Shown: positions 9,216 through 20,013, numbered from the stretch's first letter. The stretch: 64,000 bases of DNA from an uncultured delta proteobacterium (GCA_963782055.1 CAWAIF010000003.1:256001-320000), one strand, 5' to 3'. The notes: a model not told the origin generated them from the sequence alone. A program made the numbers and translations.

Positions 9216-9641
9216 TCACTCCGGGTAACCGCAGGCCGCGGCGACGCCCGTCATCGAGCTGCAGCTCGGGCAGGCGGCGTACTTCACCTTGCCGTCGATC
9301 TGCCCGTTCTTCTTGCACACGCAGTAGGCGCCGGGACACTGGCAGTCGACCTCGTAGTCGACCGCGCCGCACGTCCACGTCTCGTTGCTCCCGCACGAGC
9401 CGTCGGACCCCGCGTACCCGGTGCCGTTCTTCGGCCCGCACTGCGGCGGCGGGGGCGGGGGCTTGCCGGCGTCGACCGGCTGGGGTCCGCCGTCCTTCAC
9501 GATGATGCCGGAGTCGGGGGTGCCGCCGTCCTTGTTGGTGACGCCGCCGTCGGCGCCGCCGTCGCCCTGACCGGCGACCTTGCCACCGCACGCGGGGAGG
9601 ACGAGCACCAAGGAAAGAAGAAGAAAGGACGTGCTTCGCAT
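9216..9641 (-). CDS. Small Cys-rich lipoprotein
   Basis: MRSTSFLLLSLVLVLPA-C lipobox, DGG/DAG linker, Cys-rich C-terminal domain ending ACGYPE. Confidence 0.75.
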   Translation of the reverse strand: MRSTSFLLLSLVLVLPACGGKVAGQGDGGADGGVTNKDGGTPDSGIIVKDGGPQPVDAGKPPPPPPQCGPKNGTGYAGSDGSCGSNETWTCGAVDYEVDCQCPGAYCVCKKNGQIDGKVKYAACPSCSSMTGVAAACGYPE

Positions 9642-9686
9642 GTCCATGCGCATACCACGAGTTGGATCTTCGTGCCCTCCGGGGTC

Positions 9687-12600
9687 TCAGGTCTTCAGGC
9701 ACCCGGCCAGGTCGGCGAGGAGGGTCTCGGCGTTGGCGAGCCCGCTCGCCGTGCCGTCGAAGCGGCGGACGAGGCGCATGTCCGGCGTGAGGCGGTAGGG
9801 GCTCTTCGGCGCCCGCACCATCGCGGCGATCTTGGCCGGGTCGAGCGGGGTGTCCTCCCGCAGGTGCAGCGTCACCGATCGGGAGGTCGCCTCGCAGCCG
9901 AGCACGCGCAGGCGCCGCAGCTCCGTCTTGAGGGTCATGAGCTGCACCAGCCGCCGCGCCTCCTCCGGCGGCGGTCCGAAGCGGTTCTCCATCTCCTCGG
10001 CGAGCTCGGCGACCTGCCCCTCGTCCACCGCGCCGGCGAGGCGCTTGTACAGCGAGAGGCGCACGCCCACGTCGCCCACGTAGTCCTCCGGCAGCAGGGC
10101 CGAGACGTCGAAGGAGAGCTCCGGGTCGACCTCGTGCACCACCTCCTCGCCGCGCAGCTCCTGGACCGCGTCCTCCAGCATGTGCACGAAGAGGTCGAAG
10201 CCCACGCTCGCCACCGTCCCGGACTGCTCGGCGCCGAGCAGGTCGCCCGCGCCGCGCAGCTCCAGGTCGAGCGAGGCGATCTGGAAGCCGGAGCCCAGCG
10301 CGGTGTGGCGCTCCAGCGCCTCGATGCGCGCGCGCGCGTCGTCGGTCATCTGGTTGGGAGGCGGAACCATCAGGTAGCAGTACGCGCGCTCCTTCGAGCG
10401 GCCGACGCGCCCGCGGAGCTGGTAGAGCTGCGCCAGGCCGAAGAGGTCGGCGCGGTCGATGACGATGGTGTTGGCGCGCGGGATGTCCAGCCCGCTCTCC
10501 ACGATCGCCGTCGCCACCAGCACGTCGTACTTGCCGTCGACGAAGTCGATCATGGTGCGCTCCAGCGCGCCGCTCGCTCCCTCCCTGGTGGCGCGCGTCA
10601 TCTGCCCGTGACCCACGGCGATGCGCGCTTGCGGCACCAGCCCTTGCAGCCGCTGCGCCCGCTCGTAGATGCCCTCCACGCGGTTGTACACGTAGAAGAC
10701 CTGGCCGCCGCGCGCGAGCTCGCGCTCCACCGCCTCGCGCACGAGCTGCTCGTCGAAGCGCGAGACCACCGTGCGCACCGCGCGCCTGTCCGCCGGGGGC
10801 GTGGTGATGAGGGACAGATCGCGCAGGCCGCCCACCGCCATCTGCAACGTGCGCGGGATGGGCGTCGCGGTGAGGGTGAGCACGTCCACGTGCTTGCGGA
10901 GCTGCTTGATGCGCTCCTTGTGCACGACCCCGAACCGCTGCTCCTCGTCGACGACCAGCAGGCCCAGGTGCTTGAAGTGCACGTCCTTGGAGAGCAGGCG
11001 GTGGGTGCCGATGACGACGTCCACCTTGCCCTCCTTGAGGCCGAGGAGCGTCTCCTTGTGCGCCTTGTCCCCCTGGAAACGGGAGAGGGCGCGCACCGTC
11101 ATCGGGTAGTCGCGCAGGCGCGCCTCGAAGGTGCGGTAGTGCTGCTGCGCGAGCACCGTCGTGGGGCAGAGCACCGCCACCTGCCGGCCGTCCATCGCCG
11201 CGCGGAAGGCGGCGCGGATGGCCACCTCCGTCTTGCCGAAGCCGACGTCGCCGCACACCAGCCGGTCCATCGGGCGCGGCGACACCAGGTCGTCCATCAC
11301 GTCGTCGATGGCCTTGGCCTGGTCGGGCGTCTCGTCGAAGGGGAAGGTCGCCTCGAAGGCGCGGTAGTCGTCGCCCGCGGGCTCGATGGGCGGGCGGTGC
11401 TCGGCCTGGCGCTCGGCGTAGAGGCGCAACAGCTCGTCGGCCATCTTGCGGACGGCCTTCTTCGCCCGCGACTTGGTCTTGGCGAAGGTGGAGCCGCCCA
11501 GGCGATCCAGCTTGGGCGTCGAGCTCTCGCCGGCGGCGTACTTCTGGATCTGGTTGAGGCGGTAGACGGGCAGGTAGAGCTTGTCGCCGCTGTCGTAGTC
11601 GACGACGAGCAGGTCGACCGTCAGGCCGCCGACGTCCTTGTGCACCAGGCCCTGGTAACGGCCGATGCCGTGGTCGACGTGCACGACGTAATCGCCGACG
11701 GCCAGCGTGCGAAGGTCCTCCACGAAGGCGTGGGCCGCGCTCTCCTCGGAGCGCTTCTCTCGCCGGCGGGTGCGTGCGCCGAAGACCTCCTCCTCGGTGA
11801 CCAGGACCAGGCCGTCCGCCGGCAGCAGCACGCCCTGCGAGAGGGGGCCGACGACGACCTGCGCCGTCTCGCGCGCGGCGTCGTCCTTCAGCCACGCGGG
11901 ATCGAAGGGGCCGAGGCGCGGCTGGCACGCCACGCCCTGGTGGCGCAGCAGGCTCGCCAGGCGCTCCGCCTGCGTCTCGGCGCGCGCGGCGAGAAAGACG
12001 CGCAGGCCGTGGGCGCGCCAGTACGCGATGCGCCGGACGAGCGGCGCCAGGGTGGCGCCCTTGCCCTTCTGCGCGCGCGCCGCCTTCACCGCGCGGCCGA
12101 GGTCCTCGTGACCGCGGGCGGCGACGTCGAGGCTGGCTGGGCCGGCGGGTGTGTCGCCCCCTGTCACCTCGTACGCCGCGAGCCCCTCCTCGCTCCCGAG
12201 CTGCGCCACGCGATGCAGCGCGACCACGCGGCGCGCGGCGAGCGCCTCGGTCAGCGCGTCCTCTCCGGTAAAGAAGGTGGTAGGCAGAAAGTGCGGCGAC
12301 GACGACTTCCCGGCGACGTCGCGCTCGGCGGACTCCAGCGCGCCGCGCACGGCCTGGGTGACGCCGGGCGGGTCGCAGAGGACGACAATCGCGTCGTCCT
12401 GGACGTAGGCGAAGAGCGACTCGAGCTCCGGATAGTAGGCGGGGAGCATGCCGTCGGCGCCGAAGAAGGCGCGTCCGGTACACACGTCGTCGATGAGCGC
12501 GCGCGCCCGTGTCGTCGGCATGTCGATGGCGTCGGCGAGCTGCTGCAGGCGGTCCTTCGCGCGGGCGACGCGCTCGCGGGTGAGGATGGCCTCGCGCGCG

Positions 12601-13436
12601 GGGGCGAGGCGCACCTCCGGCAGGAGCAGGTCCTTCTTCTCGCCGTCCAAGTCCACGCGGCGGGTCGTCTGCTCGTAGGGGTCGAAGGGCTTGATGGTCA
12701 GCACCAGATCGCCGTACAGCTCGACGCGCACCGGGCCTTCCAGGTTGGGCGGCCACACGTCGAAGAGCGCCCCGCGCACCGCGAAGGTCCCGGGGTCCTC
12801 CACCACCGGCACGCGCAGGTAGCCGCACTCGGAGAGACGGTGGATGAGCGCGTCGCGGTCCAGCTCGTCCTCGGCCAGGATGCGGGCGACGTGCTCGCGC
12901 ACCGCCTTGCGCGGCACCAGCTTGCGCGTGAGCGCCACCGCCGGCACGACCAGCGCCCGGTACGGTCGGCCCTCCGCCAGGTGGGCGAGCGTCGCCATGC
13001 GGCTCATCGCCGCGCGGCGGTCGGGGTTGACGTCGGCGTAGGGCGAGGTGTCGTCCACCGCGAGCACCAGCACGTCGCCCTCGCCGGTGTCCTCCGCGTC
13101 GGGCTCGTCCGCCGTGCTGCGCAGCAGGAAGCCGACGTCCTCGGCCAGCTTGCGCGCGGCGTCCAGGTCGGCCGTGACCAGCACGACGGGACGCGAGGAC
13201 GCGCCCGCCACCGTCGCGGCGATCGCCGCCGCCGCGCCGCCGTGCACGCCGGAGACGTCCAGCCGGCCGCGCGGGGCCTCCGTCGCGCGCGCGGCCACCT
13301 CCGCCAGGGTGACGGCGCGCACGCCCTCCGGCGGCAGGATGGGGCCCAGCGGGTCCGCCGCGTCCTGGATCTCCGGCGGGATCTCGTCCGGGAGCCCGTG
13401 ATCTCCCAGGGTGCTGGTCAGCTCGTTCGGCGCCAA
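9687..13436 (-). CDS. mfd: Transcription-repair coupling factor
   Basis: FAVRGALFDVWP (UvrB-like), VHVDHGIGRYQG (CarD/RID), CGDVGFGKTEVA, VDEEQRFGV, TATPIPRT, QLRGRVGR, DLELRGAGDLLG, TRCF C-terminus. Start approximate (TTG 13436). Confidence 0.97.
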   Translation of the reverse strand: MAPNELTSTLGDHGLPDEIPPEIQDAADPLGPILPPEGVRAVTLAEVAARATEAPRGRLDVSGVHGGAAAAIAATVAGASSRPVVLVTADLDAARKLAEDVGFLLRSTADEPDAEDTGEGDVLVLAVDDTSPYADVNPDRRAAMSRMATLAHLAEGRPYRALVVPAVALTRKLVPRKAVREHVARILAEDELDRDALIHRLSECGYLRVPVVEDPGTFAVRGALFDVWPPNLEGPVRVELYGDLVLTIKPFDPYEQTTRRVDLDGEKKDLLLPEVRLAPAREAILTRERVARAKDRLQQLADAIDMPTTRARALIDDVCTGRAFFGADGMLPAYYPELESLFAYVQDDAIVVLCDPPGVTQAVRGALESAERDVAGKSSSPHFLPTTFFTGEDALTEALAARRVVALHRVAQLGSEEGLAAYEVTGGDTPAGPASLDVAARGHEDLGRAVKAARAQKGKGATLAPLVRRIAYWRAHGLRVFLAARAETQAERLASLLRHQGVACQPRLGPFDPAWLKDDAARETAQVVVGPLSQGVLLPADGLVLVTEEEVFGARTRRREKRSEESAAHAFVEDLRTLAVGDYVVHVDHGIGRYQGLVHKDVGGLTVDLLVVDYDSGDKLYLPVYRLNQIQKYAAGESSTPKLDRLGGSTFAKTKSRAKKAVRKMADELLRLYAERQAEHRPPIEPAGDDYRAFEATFPFDETPDQAKAIDDVMDDLVSPRPMDRLVCGDVGFGKTEVAIRAAFRAAMDGRQVAVLCPTTVLAQQHYRTFEARLRDYPMTVRALSRFQGDKAHKETLLGLKEGKVDVVIGTHRLLSKDVHFKHLGLLVVDEEQRFGVVHKERIKQLRKHVDVLTLTATPIPRTLQMAVGGLRDLSLITTPPADRRAVRTVVSRFDEQLVREAVERELARGGQVFYVYNRVEGIYERAQRLQGLVPQARIAVGHGQMTRATREGASGALERTMIDFVDGKYDVLVATAIVESGLDIPRANTIVIDRADLFGLAQLYQLRGRVGRSKERAYCYLMVPPPNQMTDDARARIEALERHTALGSGFQIASLDLELRGAGDLLGAEQSGTVASVGFDLFVHMLEDAVQELRGEEVVHEVDPELSFDVSALLPEDYVGDVGVRLSLYKRLAGAVDEGQVAELAEEMENRFGPPPEEARRLVQLMTLKTELRRLRVLGCEATSRSVTLHLREDTPLDPAKIAAMVRAPKSPYRLTPDMRLVRRFDGTASGLANAETLLADLAGCLKT

Positions 13437-13485
13437 GACAGCGCAGGACTTAGGTGACCGGCGCCCTCCGCGCAACCCTGCAGGA

Positions 13486-14286
13486 TCAGAGCGTCGGCGA
13501 CCACATCGTCGCGCTGCCGTTGGGCATGGTCGGCGTGCGCAGCCAGAGCTCCAGCGCGACCTCCTTGGTGCCGCTGCCCTTGAAGTACTCGAGGCGGAAG
13601 GTGTGCCTGCCGGCCGTCCAGTTGAAGGTGCCCTGCTGGTAGTGCACGCCGCGCAGGCCGTCGTTGTCGAGCACGAGCTGGCCGTCGACGTAGACCCTGG
13701 CGCCATCCTCCGAGCCGATGGCGAGCCAGTAGCTGCCCGCGGCGGCGACGGTCATCGTGCCGTCGTAGCGGATGGCGAAGTCGTTGGTGTGCAGCGCACC
13801 GCCGTAGCTGAAGCCGCGGAACTCCTGCGGGGCGGAGGTGAACTGCCGGGTGAAGAGGGCGAGCTCCGGCTTGAGGGTGCCCAGGTCGGGCAGGCGCTGC
13901 GTGTTGGGGGGGAGGCTGTAGACGAAGCCCTGCAGGGAGTCGGCCGCCTGCTGGTCGCTGCCGAAGATGCTGCTGCCGCTGATGGTGGGCACCTGCCCGA
14001 CGGCGGGGTGGGCGACGTTGGCCACGTGCTTCATCGCCCCGCGATACCGGGCCGTCGACGCCATCCGGATGTGCGCGACGGGGCTGGTGGTGGTGGGCGG
14101 GTTGGTGTTGGCGGTGCTGGCGGTGGCGGTGGGGGCCGGCGTGGGGTTGGTCGTCGCCACGGTGGGCTGCGGAGGCGGCGGGTTGGTCGGCGCGTTGGCG
14201 CCCTCCCCGGTGCGCACCTGGACGTGGCACGCGGCGGTGGCGAGGACGGTGCTGGCGGCGAGGAGGAGTACGGCAGAGCTGCGCAT
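13486..14286 (-). CDS. PA14-domain lipoprotein
   Basis: Lipobox TAAC, Pro/Thr linker, PA14 motifs FAIRYDG...SEDGARVYVDGQLVLDNDGL...FRLEYF. Confidence 0.85.
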   Translation of the reverse strand: MRSSAVLLLAASTVLATAACHVQVRTGEGANAPTNPPPPQPTVATTNPTPAPTATASTANTNPPTTTSPVAHIRMASTARYRGAMKHVANVAHPAVGQVPTISGSSIFGSDQQAADSLQGFVYSLPPNTQRLPDLGTLKPELALFTRQFTSAPQEFRGFSYGGALHTNDFAIRYDGTMTVAAAGSYWLAIGSEDGARVYVDGQLVLDNDGLRGVHYQQGTFNWTAGRHTFRLEYFKGSGTKEVALELWLRTPTMPNGSATMWSPTL

Positions 14287-14501
14287 GAAGGGACCTCTCT
14301 GGAGACGCGAGCCGAGGCTCGTGGACAGGACGCGGCGGACCGTAGTCCCGTCGCGTTGGACGGTAAAGCGGACGAGGTCGTGCAAGGTGTCGATGTGGGA
14401 CAATGGACGCCCCAGGCGGCGGAAGTCGCACATGTCGGACCGCTCGCAGGCCAGCCGTCGGCAACCTCGGTCGCCCGCACAGTGTGGTAAAGGCCCAAGG
14501 G

Positions 14502-14948
14502 ATGCCCTCACTGCCCGATGTGCTCACGAGCCCCGAGAAGAAGGACGCCGTGGTGGAGGACTGCCTCGCCCTGATCGACGCGGAGGTCGCCGACAAGCGC
14601 GGCATCTCCGGCCTCGCCATCAAGGCGGGCTACGGCGCGGTGAAGGGCGTCAAGCCCGGGTTCATCCGCCACGCGGTCGTGGACCTCATCCCAGAGTTCG
14701 CGACGGCGCTGGATCCCATCTTCCAGGAAGCTCAGGAGAAGGGGAACACCCCCACCGAGCACTTCAACGCCAACACCTCCCGCGTGGCCGACGCCCTGCT
14801 GGCGATCACCGACGCCAAGGCGAAGAAGTCCAAGAGCAACGTGGTCAAGGGCACCTACGACAAGCTCCGCAGCAGCGCGAAGAAGAACGTCGAGGCCGCC
14901 GTGCCGCGCCTCGCCAAGATGATCGAGAAGCACGCCGCCTCCTCGTGA
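14502..14948 (+). CDS. Conserved hypothetical protein (DUF6918-like)
   Basis: DCLALIDAEVADKRGISGLAIKAGYGAVKGVKPG...VADALLAITD...YDKLRSSAKKNVEAAVP. Confidence 0.7.
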   Translation: MPSLPDVLTSPEKKDAVVEDCLALIDAEVADKRGISGLAIKAGYGAVKGVKPGFIRHAVVDLIPEFATALDPIFQEAQEKGNTPTEHFNANTSRVADALLAITDAKAKKSKSNVVKGTYDKLRSSAKKNVEAAVPRLAKMIEKHAASS

Positions 14949-14952
14949 CACA

Positions 14953-16170
14953 ATGCGGGAGATGCTCCCGCACCACAGTGCTCCCGACCTCGCCGGTCCC
15001 CTCGTGGACGCCGCCGAGGTCCAGGAGGCCGAGGCGCACGAGGTGGGCCTCTCGCGCGAGGCAGCGCCTGACATCTGGCGCGCCGTGCAGGCGCTCCACG
15101 CCACCGGGACGCAGCCGGCGATCGCGCTGTGCATCCGCCGCAAGGGCAGGGTGGTGCTCTCCCGCGCCATCGGCGAGACGCGCCCCGGCGTGCCCGCGAC
15201 GCCGGAGACGCCCTTCTGCGTCTTCTCCGTGTCCAAGGCGGTCACCGCGATGCTGGTCCACCTGCTCGACGGCCGGAACCTGATCCGGCTGGACGACCGT
15301 GTGGTGGAGTACATCCCGGAGTTTGGCAGGCACGGCAAGGACCGCATCACCATCCGCCACGTGCTGACGCACCGGGCCGGGATCCCGTCCATCACCGGAC
15401 ACTCCGACGTGGAGCTGCTGGGCGACTGGGACCGCATCCTCGCGCTGCTCTGCGACGCCAGGCCGGTGTGGCCGCCTGGCCGGCGGCTCGCCTACCACGC
15501 GATCACCGGGGGCTACGTCCTGGGCGAGATCGTGCAGCGCGTGACGGGCAAGGACATCCGCCGCTTCCTGCGCGAGGAGGTCTCCGACAAGCTGGGCATG
15601 CGCTGGTTCGGCTACGGCGTGGGGCGCGAGCAGACGCACGAGGTCGCCCAGAACCGCTTCACGGGCCCGCGCGTGCCGCCGCCCCTCTCCCTGCTGGTGA
15701 AGCGCAGCCTGGGCGTGCCCTTCGAGCGCGCGGTGGAGATCTCCAACGACCCCCGGTACCTGACGGCGGTGGTCCCCTCCGGGAACGTGGTGGCCACCGC
15801 GCCGGAGCTCTCGGCGTTCTTCGAGCTGCTGCGCAACGGGGGGGAGCTGGGTGGCGTGCGGATCTTCGACCGTCGCACGGTGCAGCGCGCCCTCACCGAG
15901 AGCTCCTACCTGGAGATCGACCTGACGCTGGGGCTGCCCGTCCGCTACGGCATGGGCGTGATGCTGGGCGGCGACACCCTCAGCCCCTTCGGGCCGGGCA
16001 CGCCGCGCGCCTTCGGACACTACGGCTTCATCAACGTGATCGGCTGGGCGGACCCGCAGCGGTCACTGTCGGCGGCGCTGCTCACCTCCGGCAAGCCCTT
16101 CGTCGGCTTGCACCTGGTGGAGCTGTGGAAACTCCTCCGGCAGATCGCGGTGAGCTGCCCGCCGACGTGA
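14953..16170 (+). CDS. Serine hydrolase, beta-lactamase class C/LipE-like family
   Basis: FSVSK (SxxK), ITIRHVLTHRAG, AYHAITGG, AFGHYG, WADP. Start may be ATG 14962. Confidence 0.9.
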   Translation: MREMLPHHSAPDLAGPLVDAAEVQEAEAHEVGLSREAAPDIWRAVQALHATGTQPAIALCIRRKGRVVLSRAIGETRPGVPATPETPFCVFSVSKAVTAMLVHLLDGRNLIRLDDRVVEYIPEFGRHGKDRITIRHVLTHRAGIPSITGHSDVELLGDWDRILALLCDARPVWPPGRRLAYHAITGGYVLGEIVQRVTGKDIRRFLREEVSDKLGMRWFGYGVGREQTHEVAQNRFTGPRVPPPLSLLVKRSLGVPFERAVEISNDPRYLTAVVPSGNVVATAPELSAFFELLRNGGELGGVRIFDRRTVQRALTESSYLEIDLTLGLPVRYGMGVMLGGDTLSPFGPGTPRAFGHYGFINVIGWADPQRSLSAALLTSGKPFVGLHLVELWKLLRQIAVSCPPT

Positions 16171-16220
16171 ACACCCGTTCCGATGTGGCGAGGGCCGCGC
16201 GCCGGGTACCCTCGTGCGCC

Positions 16221-19200
16221 ATGCGACGCTTCGAGCTCAGCCAGGGGACCAGCAACAAGTTCTGGGAGGTGGGGGTGAGCGGCAGCACGCTCCTCGTCCA
16301 CTTCGGCCGGATCGGCACCCACGGGCAGACGCAGCAGAAGGACTTCCCGTCGTCGGCGAAGGCGGAGGCCGAGCGCGACAAGCTGATCAAGGAGAAGGTG
16401 AAGAAGGGCTACGCGGAGGTGGCCGGGGGCGACGCCGATGACGCCGCCGTCGCCGCGGCCGCGCCGCCGCCGAAGCCGAAGGCCGCGCCCGCGGCGCAGC
16501 CAGCCGCCGCACCCGCCGCGCCCACGCCCGCGCAGAAGGCCGCGGCGCCCGTCGCACCCGCCACGAAGCCCGCCATCCCGGTGCGCGACTCGGTGGCGTG
16601 GACGGAGGGCGCGCTGCGCGAGGCGTCACCGATCCGCGGCTCCAGCGCGGTGCCCCCGCGCGCGCCGGACGGCCGCGCCGCCTTCACCAAGCTGCACAAG
16701 GCGGCGCGCGCCGTCGACAAGCTCATCGCCGCCGGGATGAAGCGGCCCAACGCCGACGTGCCGCGCATGGAGGCGGTGCGCTCGTACTTCGGCGTCAACG
16801 CGCCGGGGGCAGCGCTCGACCTGGACACCCAGGCCGCGGCGTACGCGCTGCTGAGCAAGCCCGTGGGCTGGAACGACGAGGACCGGGAGGAGGCGTTCGT
16901 GCGCTTCTGGCTCGCCGGGGCCGACGCGAGCTTCGCCTTTCGCGCCATCGCGCGCGCCGCGCAGTGGGAGGTGGACGCCAGCCACGACAAGTACCTGACG
17001 CTGGTGGAGCCGGGGAAGGACCCGCCGGGGCAGGAGCGGCGGACCCGTGGCGGCGACGCGTGGCGGGGGCTGCGGCTGGCCGACGCCCTGGCGACGGAGG
17101 CCGAGCACGCCGCGCTCCTCGAGCTTGCCGGATCGCTGCGCAAGGAAGTGCCCCCGCCGGTGGCCGCGAGCTTCGCCGCGGCCCTCGCGCAGCCCGACTG
17201 GTGCCGCGCCGACGCCGACACCGCCCTGAAGAACCCGACCAGCCGCGGCGTGCCCGACTGGTTCTGGCCGCTCTTGCTCGGGCTGGAGAGCGTGGACGAC
17301 GTGCAGCCGCTGGTCGCCCAGGCCAGCCAGAGCCCCTGGTACCTGGCGCAGTCCATCGAGAAGGTGCGCTTCGACCTGGTGGCGCGCTTCGGCCCGGCCG
17401 CGGCGAAGCTCCTCATCGACATCGTGAACGAGGCGGGCGTCGCCGGTGTCGACCGCATGCGCTCTCTCGCCGAGGCGCTGGCGCTCATCGTCACGCCGGA
17501 GGTGGCCGAGCTCTTCGTGCGGAGCCTCGGCGCCAAGGAGCTGCGGGCCATCGCCGCCGAGTACCTGCAGAGGCACCCGGAGGTCTCGGTGGAGCTGCTG
17601 GCGTCGGCCGCGACGCACAAGGGCGCAGGGGCGGAGGCCGCCAAGGCGGTGCTCAAGCCCATCGTGGCCGCCAACCCCGGCCTCCTCGCGAAGGTGAAGC
17701 CGGCGCTCCCGCCGGCGGCGCAGGCGGTCATCGCGGCGATCGAGGAGCAGACGCGCACGCGGGAGGAGGCGAAACCCGAGGAGCTCCCGCGCGTGCTCCG
17801 CGAGCCGCCCTGGCTGGCGAAGCGGACGCTGGCGCCGCAGAAGGTCGTCGCGCCGCTGGAGACGATCGCGCTCGAGGAGTCGGTGCGCTGGAAGCCGGGG
17901 GAGGAGGCGGAGAAGCGCAACGACGAGGGGTGGCAGGCGGAGAAGCCGGAGCACGCGGAGGCGAACGTCAAGAGGATCCGCGCCCTCAGTGCAGGAGAGC
18001 CGCCACCCGACGAGCGCTCATGGAACAAGGCCAACGCGGCCATCCTGGCCCAGCTCCCGCGCAAGGAGCTGCTCGCCGTCCTGCCCTACGTGGAGCCGTC
18101 GCGCTTCAACTGGTCGTACTACGGCCCGATGGAGACGCTGGTGGCGCGGCACGGGCTGGCGGTGCTGGACCTCGCCCTGCGCTTCGCGCGGGAGGTGGAC
18201 GGCGTCGCGGGGGCGGAGGCGCTGCTGCGCGTCTGCTCGCCGCGCGTGGCCCCGCTCATGGCCGACGCCCTCGTGCGGCTGAAGAGGGCCAAGGCCTTCG
18301 CCTCGGAGTGGCTGCTCGACTTCCCGGAGGCCGCCGCCGCCGGGCTCATCCCCGACGCGGTGGGCAAGCCGGGCAAGGCGCGCGACGCCGCCGAGACCGC
18401 GCTGCGTTTCCTCTCGTCGCGCGGCCACCGCGAGACCATCGAGAAGGCGGCCCGGAAATACGGCGCCGAGGCCGCCGACGCGGTGGCGGAGGTGCTCGAC
18501 TTCGACGCGCTCTTCACCTTCCCGGCCAAGCTGCCGAAGATGCCCGCGTTCTGGAACGCGGGCGCGATGACCCGGCCGCTGCTCAGGGGAGGCGAGAAGG
18601 CCCTGCCGCTCGCCGCCATGAACGCCCTCGGGACCATGCTCTCCTTCAGCAGCATCGACGACCCGTATCCGGGGATCGCCGACGTGAAGGAGGCGTGCGA
18701 CCCGCGATCGCTCGCCGACTTCGCCTGGGACCTCTTCCAGTCGTGGCTGGTCGCCGGCGCGTCCTCCAAGGAGCAGTGGGCGTTTCTCTCCCTCGCGTAC
18801 TTCGGCGACGACGACTGCGCGCGCAAGCTCACGCCCATGGTGCGCGCCTGGCCGGGCGAGGCCGCCCACGCTCGCGCGGTGGTCGGCCTGGACGTGCTGG
18901 CGCGCATCGGCACCGACGTGGCGCTGATGCACCTGCACGGCATCGCCCAGAAGCTGAAGTTCAAGGGGCTCCAGGAGAAGGCTCGCGAGAAGATCGATCA
19001 GATCGCCGAGGCGCGCGGCCTGACCGCCGAGGAGCTCGCCGACCGCCTGGTGCCCGACCTGGGCCTGGACGACGACGGCTCCCTCTCGCTCGACTTCGGG
19101 CCGCGCACCTTCCGGGTCGTGTTCGACGAGTCGCTCAAGCCGGGGGTGACGGACGAGTCGGGCAAGCGCCTGCCCGACCTGCCCAAGCCCAAGCAGTCGG

Positions 19201-19973
19201 ACGAGGCGGAGAAGGCGAAGGCGGCGACCGACACGTGGAAGGCGCTCAAGAAGGACGCCAAGACGATCGCCACCGGGCAGATCCTGCGGCTGGAGATCGC
19301 CATGTGCACGCAGCGGCGGTGGGAGGCGGACGTGTTCCGCCCGTTCCTGCTGGAGCACCCGCTGATGGTGCATCTGGTGCGACGGCTGGTGTGGGGCGTC
19401 TACGGACCAAAGGGCGAGCTCGTCACCACCTTCCGTGTGGCGGAGGATCGCAGCCTCGCCGACGTGAAGGACGACGCCTACGAGCTCCCCGACGGCGCGC
19501 GCGCCGGCATCGTCCACCGGCTGGAGCTGGACGACGCGCAGGCCGCCGCCTGGGGGCAGGTCTTCGCCGACTACGAGATCCTCCAGCCCTTCATCCAGCT
19601 CGCCCGCGAGGTGGCCACGCCCACCGCCGAGGAGAAGAAGTCGAAGAAGCTGGAGGGTGTCGTCGGCCTCACGATCCCCACAGGCAAGGTGCTGGGGCTG
19701 GACCACCGCGGGTGGCGGCGCGGACCGCCCCAGGACGGGGGGGTGGTGTGCTGGTACGAGAAGCCGCTCGGCGGCGAGCTGGTGGCGTGCCTGGATCTGG
19801 ACCCCGGCATCTTCACCGGCATCATCAGCGAGTCGCCGGAGCAGAAGCTCGGCGAGGTGACGGTGTCGAAGGGGAGCTACCACTGGCAGGCGGACCAGAA
19901 CCTCGCCTTCGGCGCGCTGACGCCCATCGCCTTCAGCGAGCTGCTGCGGGACCTTGAGTCGCTGCGCGCGTGA
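16221..19973 (+). CDS. WGR and DUF4132 domain protein (MolR/YehF/YehI-like)
   Basis: N-terminal SNKFWEV...HFGRIGTHGQTQQK...KVKKGY (WGR); C-terminal WPGEAAHARAV...ARGLTAEELADRLVPDLGLD...HPLMVHLVRRLVWG...QPFIQLARE. Confidence 0.9.
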   Translation: MRRFELSQGTSNKFWEVGVSGSTLLVHFGRIGTHGQTQQKDFPSSAKAEAERDKLIKEKVKKGYAEVAGGDADDAAVAAAAPPPKPKAAPAAQPAAAPAAPTPAQKAAAPVAPATKPAIPVRDSVAWTEGALREASPIRGSSAVPPRAPDGRAAFTKLHKAARAVDKLIAAGMKRPNADVPRMEAVRSYFGVNAPGAALDLDTQAAAYALLSKPVGWNDEDREEAFVRFWLAGADASFAFRAIARAAQWEVDASHDKYLTLVEPGKDPPGQERRTRGGDAWRGLRLADALATEAEHAALLELAGSLRKEVPPPVAASFAAALAQPDWCRADADTALKNPTSRGVPDWFWPLLLGLESVDDVQPLVAQASQSPWYLAQSIEKVRFDLVARFGPAAAKLLIDIVNEAGVAGVDRMRSLAEALALIVTPEVAELFVRSLGAKELRAIAAEYLQRHPEVSVELLASAATHKGAGAEAAKAVLKPIVAANPGLLAKVKPALPPAAQAVIAAIEEQTRTREEAKPEELPRVLREPPWLAKRTLAPQKVVAPLETIALEESVRWKPGEEAEKRNDEGWQAEKPEHAEANVKRIRALSAGEPPPDERSWNKANAAILAQLPRKELLAVLPYVEPSRFNWSYYGPMETLVARHGLAVLDLALRFAREVDGVAGAEALLRVCSPRVAPLMADALVRLKRAKAFASEWLLDFPEAAAAGLIPDAVGKPGKARDAAETALRFLSSRGHRETIEKAARKYGAEAADAVAEVLDFDALFTFPAKLPKMPAFWNAGAMTRPLLRGGEKALPLAAMNALGTMLSFSSIDDPYPGIADVKEACDPRSLADFAWDLFQSWLVAGASSKEQWAFLSLAYFGDDDCARKLTPMVRAWPGEAAHARAVVGLDVLARIGTDVALMHLHGIAQKLKFKGLQEKAREKIDQIAEARGLTAEELADRLVPDLGLDDDGSLSLDFGPRTFRVVFDESLKPGVTDESGKRLPDLPKPKQSDEAEKAKAATDTWKALKKDAKTIATGQILRLEIAMCTQRRWEADVFRPFLLEHPLMVHLVRRLVWGVYGPKGELVTTFRVAEDRSLADVKDDAYELPDGARAGIVHRLELDDAQAAAWGQVFADYEILQPFIQLAREVATPTAEEKKSKKLEGVVGLTIPTGKVLGLDHRGWRRGPPQDGGVVCWYEKPLGGELVACLDLDPGIFTGIISESPEQKLGEVTVSKGSYHWQADQNLAFGALTPIAFSELLRDLESLRA

Positions 19974-20013
19974 GAGGACCCTGAGGCTGACCAGGAGACA
20001 TCGGAGGCACGAA

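Noticed and set aside
9013..13457. Long alternative-frame and antisense ORFs over mfd, and similar ones throughout the window
   Set aside because: Arg/Gly/Pro-rich shadow ORFs expected at high GC; no recognisable motifs.
14953..16170. True beta-lactamase resistance gene
   Set aside because: No signal peptide, and motifs fit LipE/EstB-like esterases of the same fold.
15129..16220. Long N-terminal extensions of ORFs 15129-19973, 21738-24608, 23687-26557, 29986-33567, 32397-34565, 45264-47447 and 55650-58514
   Set aside because: Extensions overlap real upstream genes in another frame. Starts were reassigned from motifs, RBS and stop-start overlaps.
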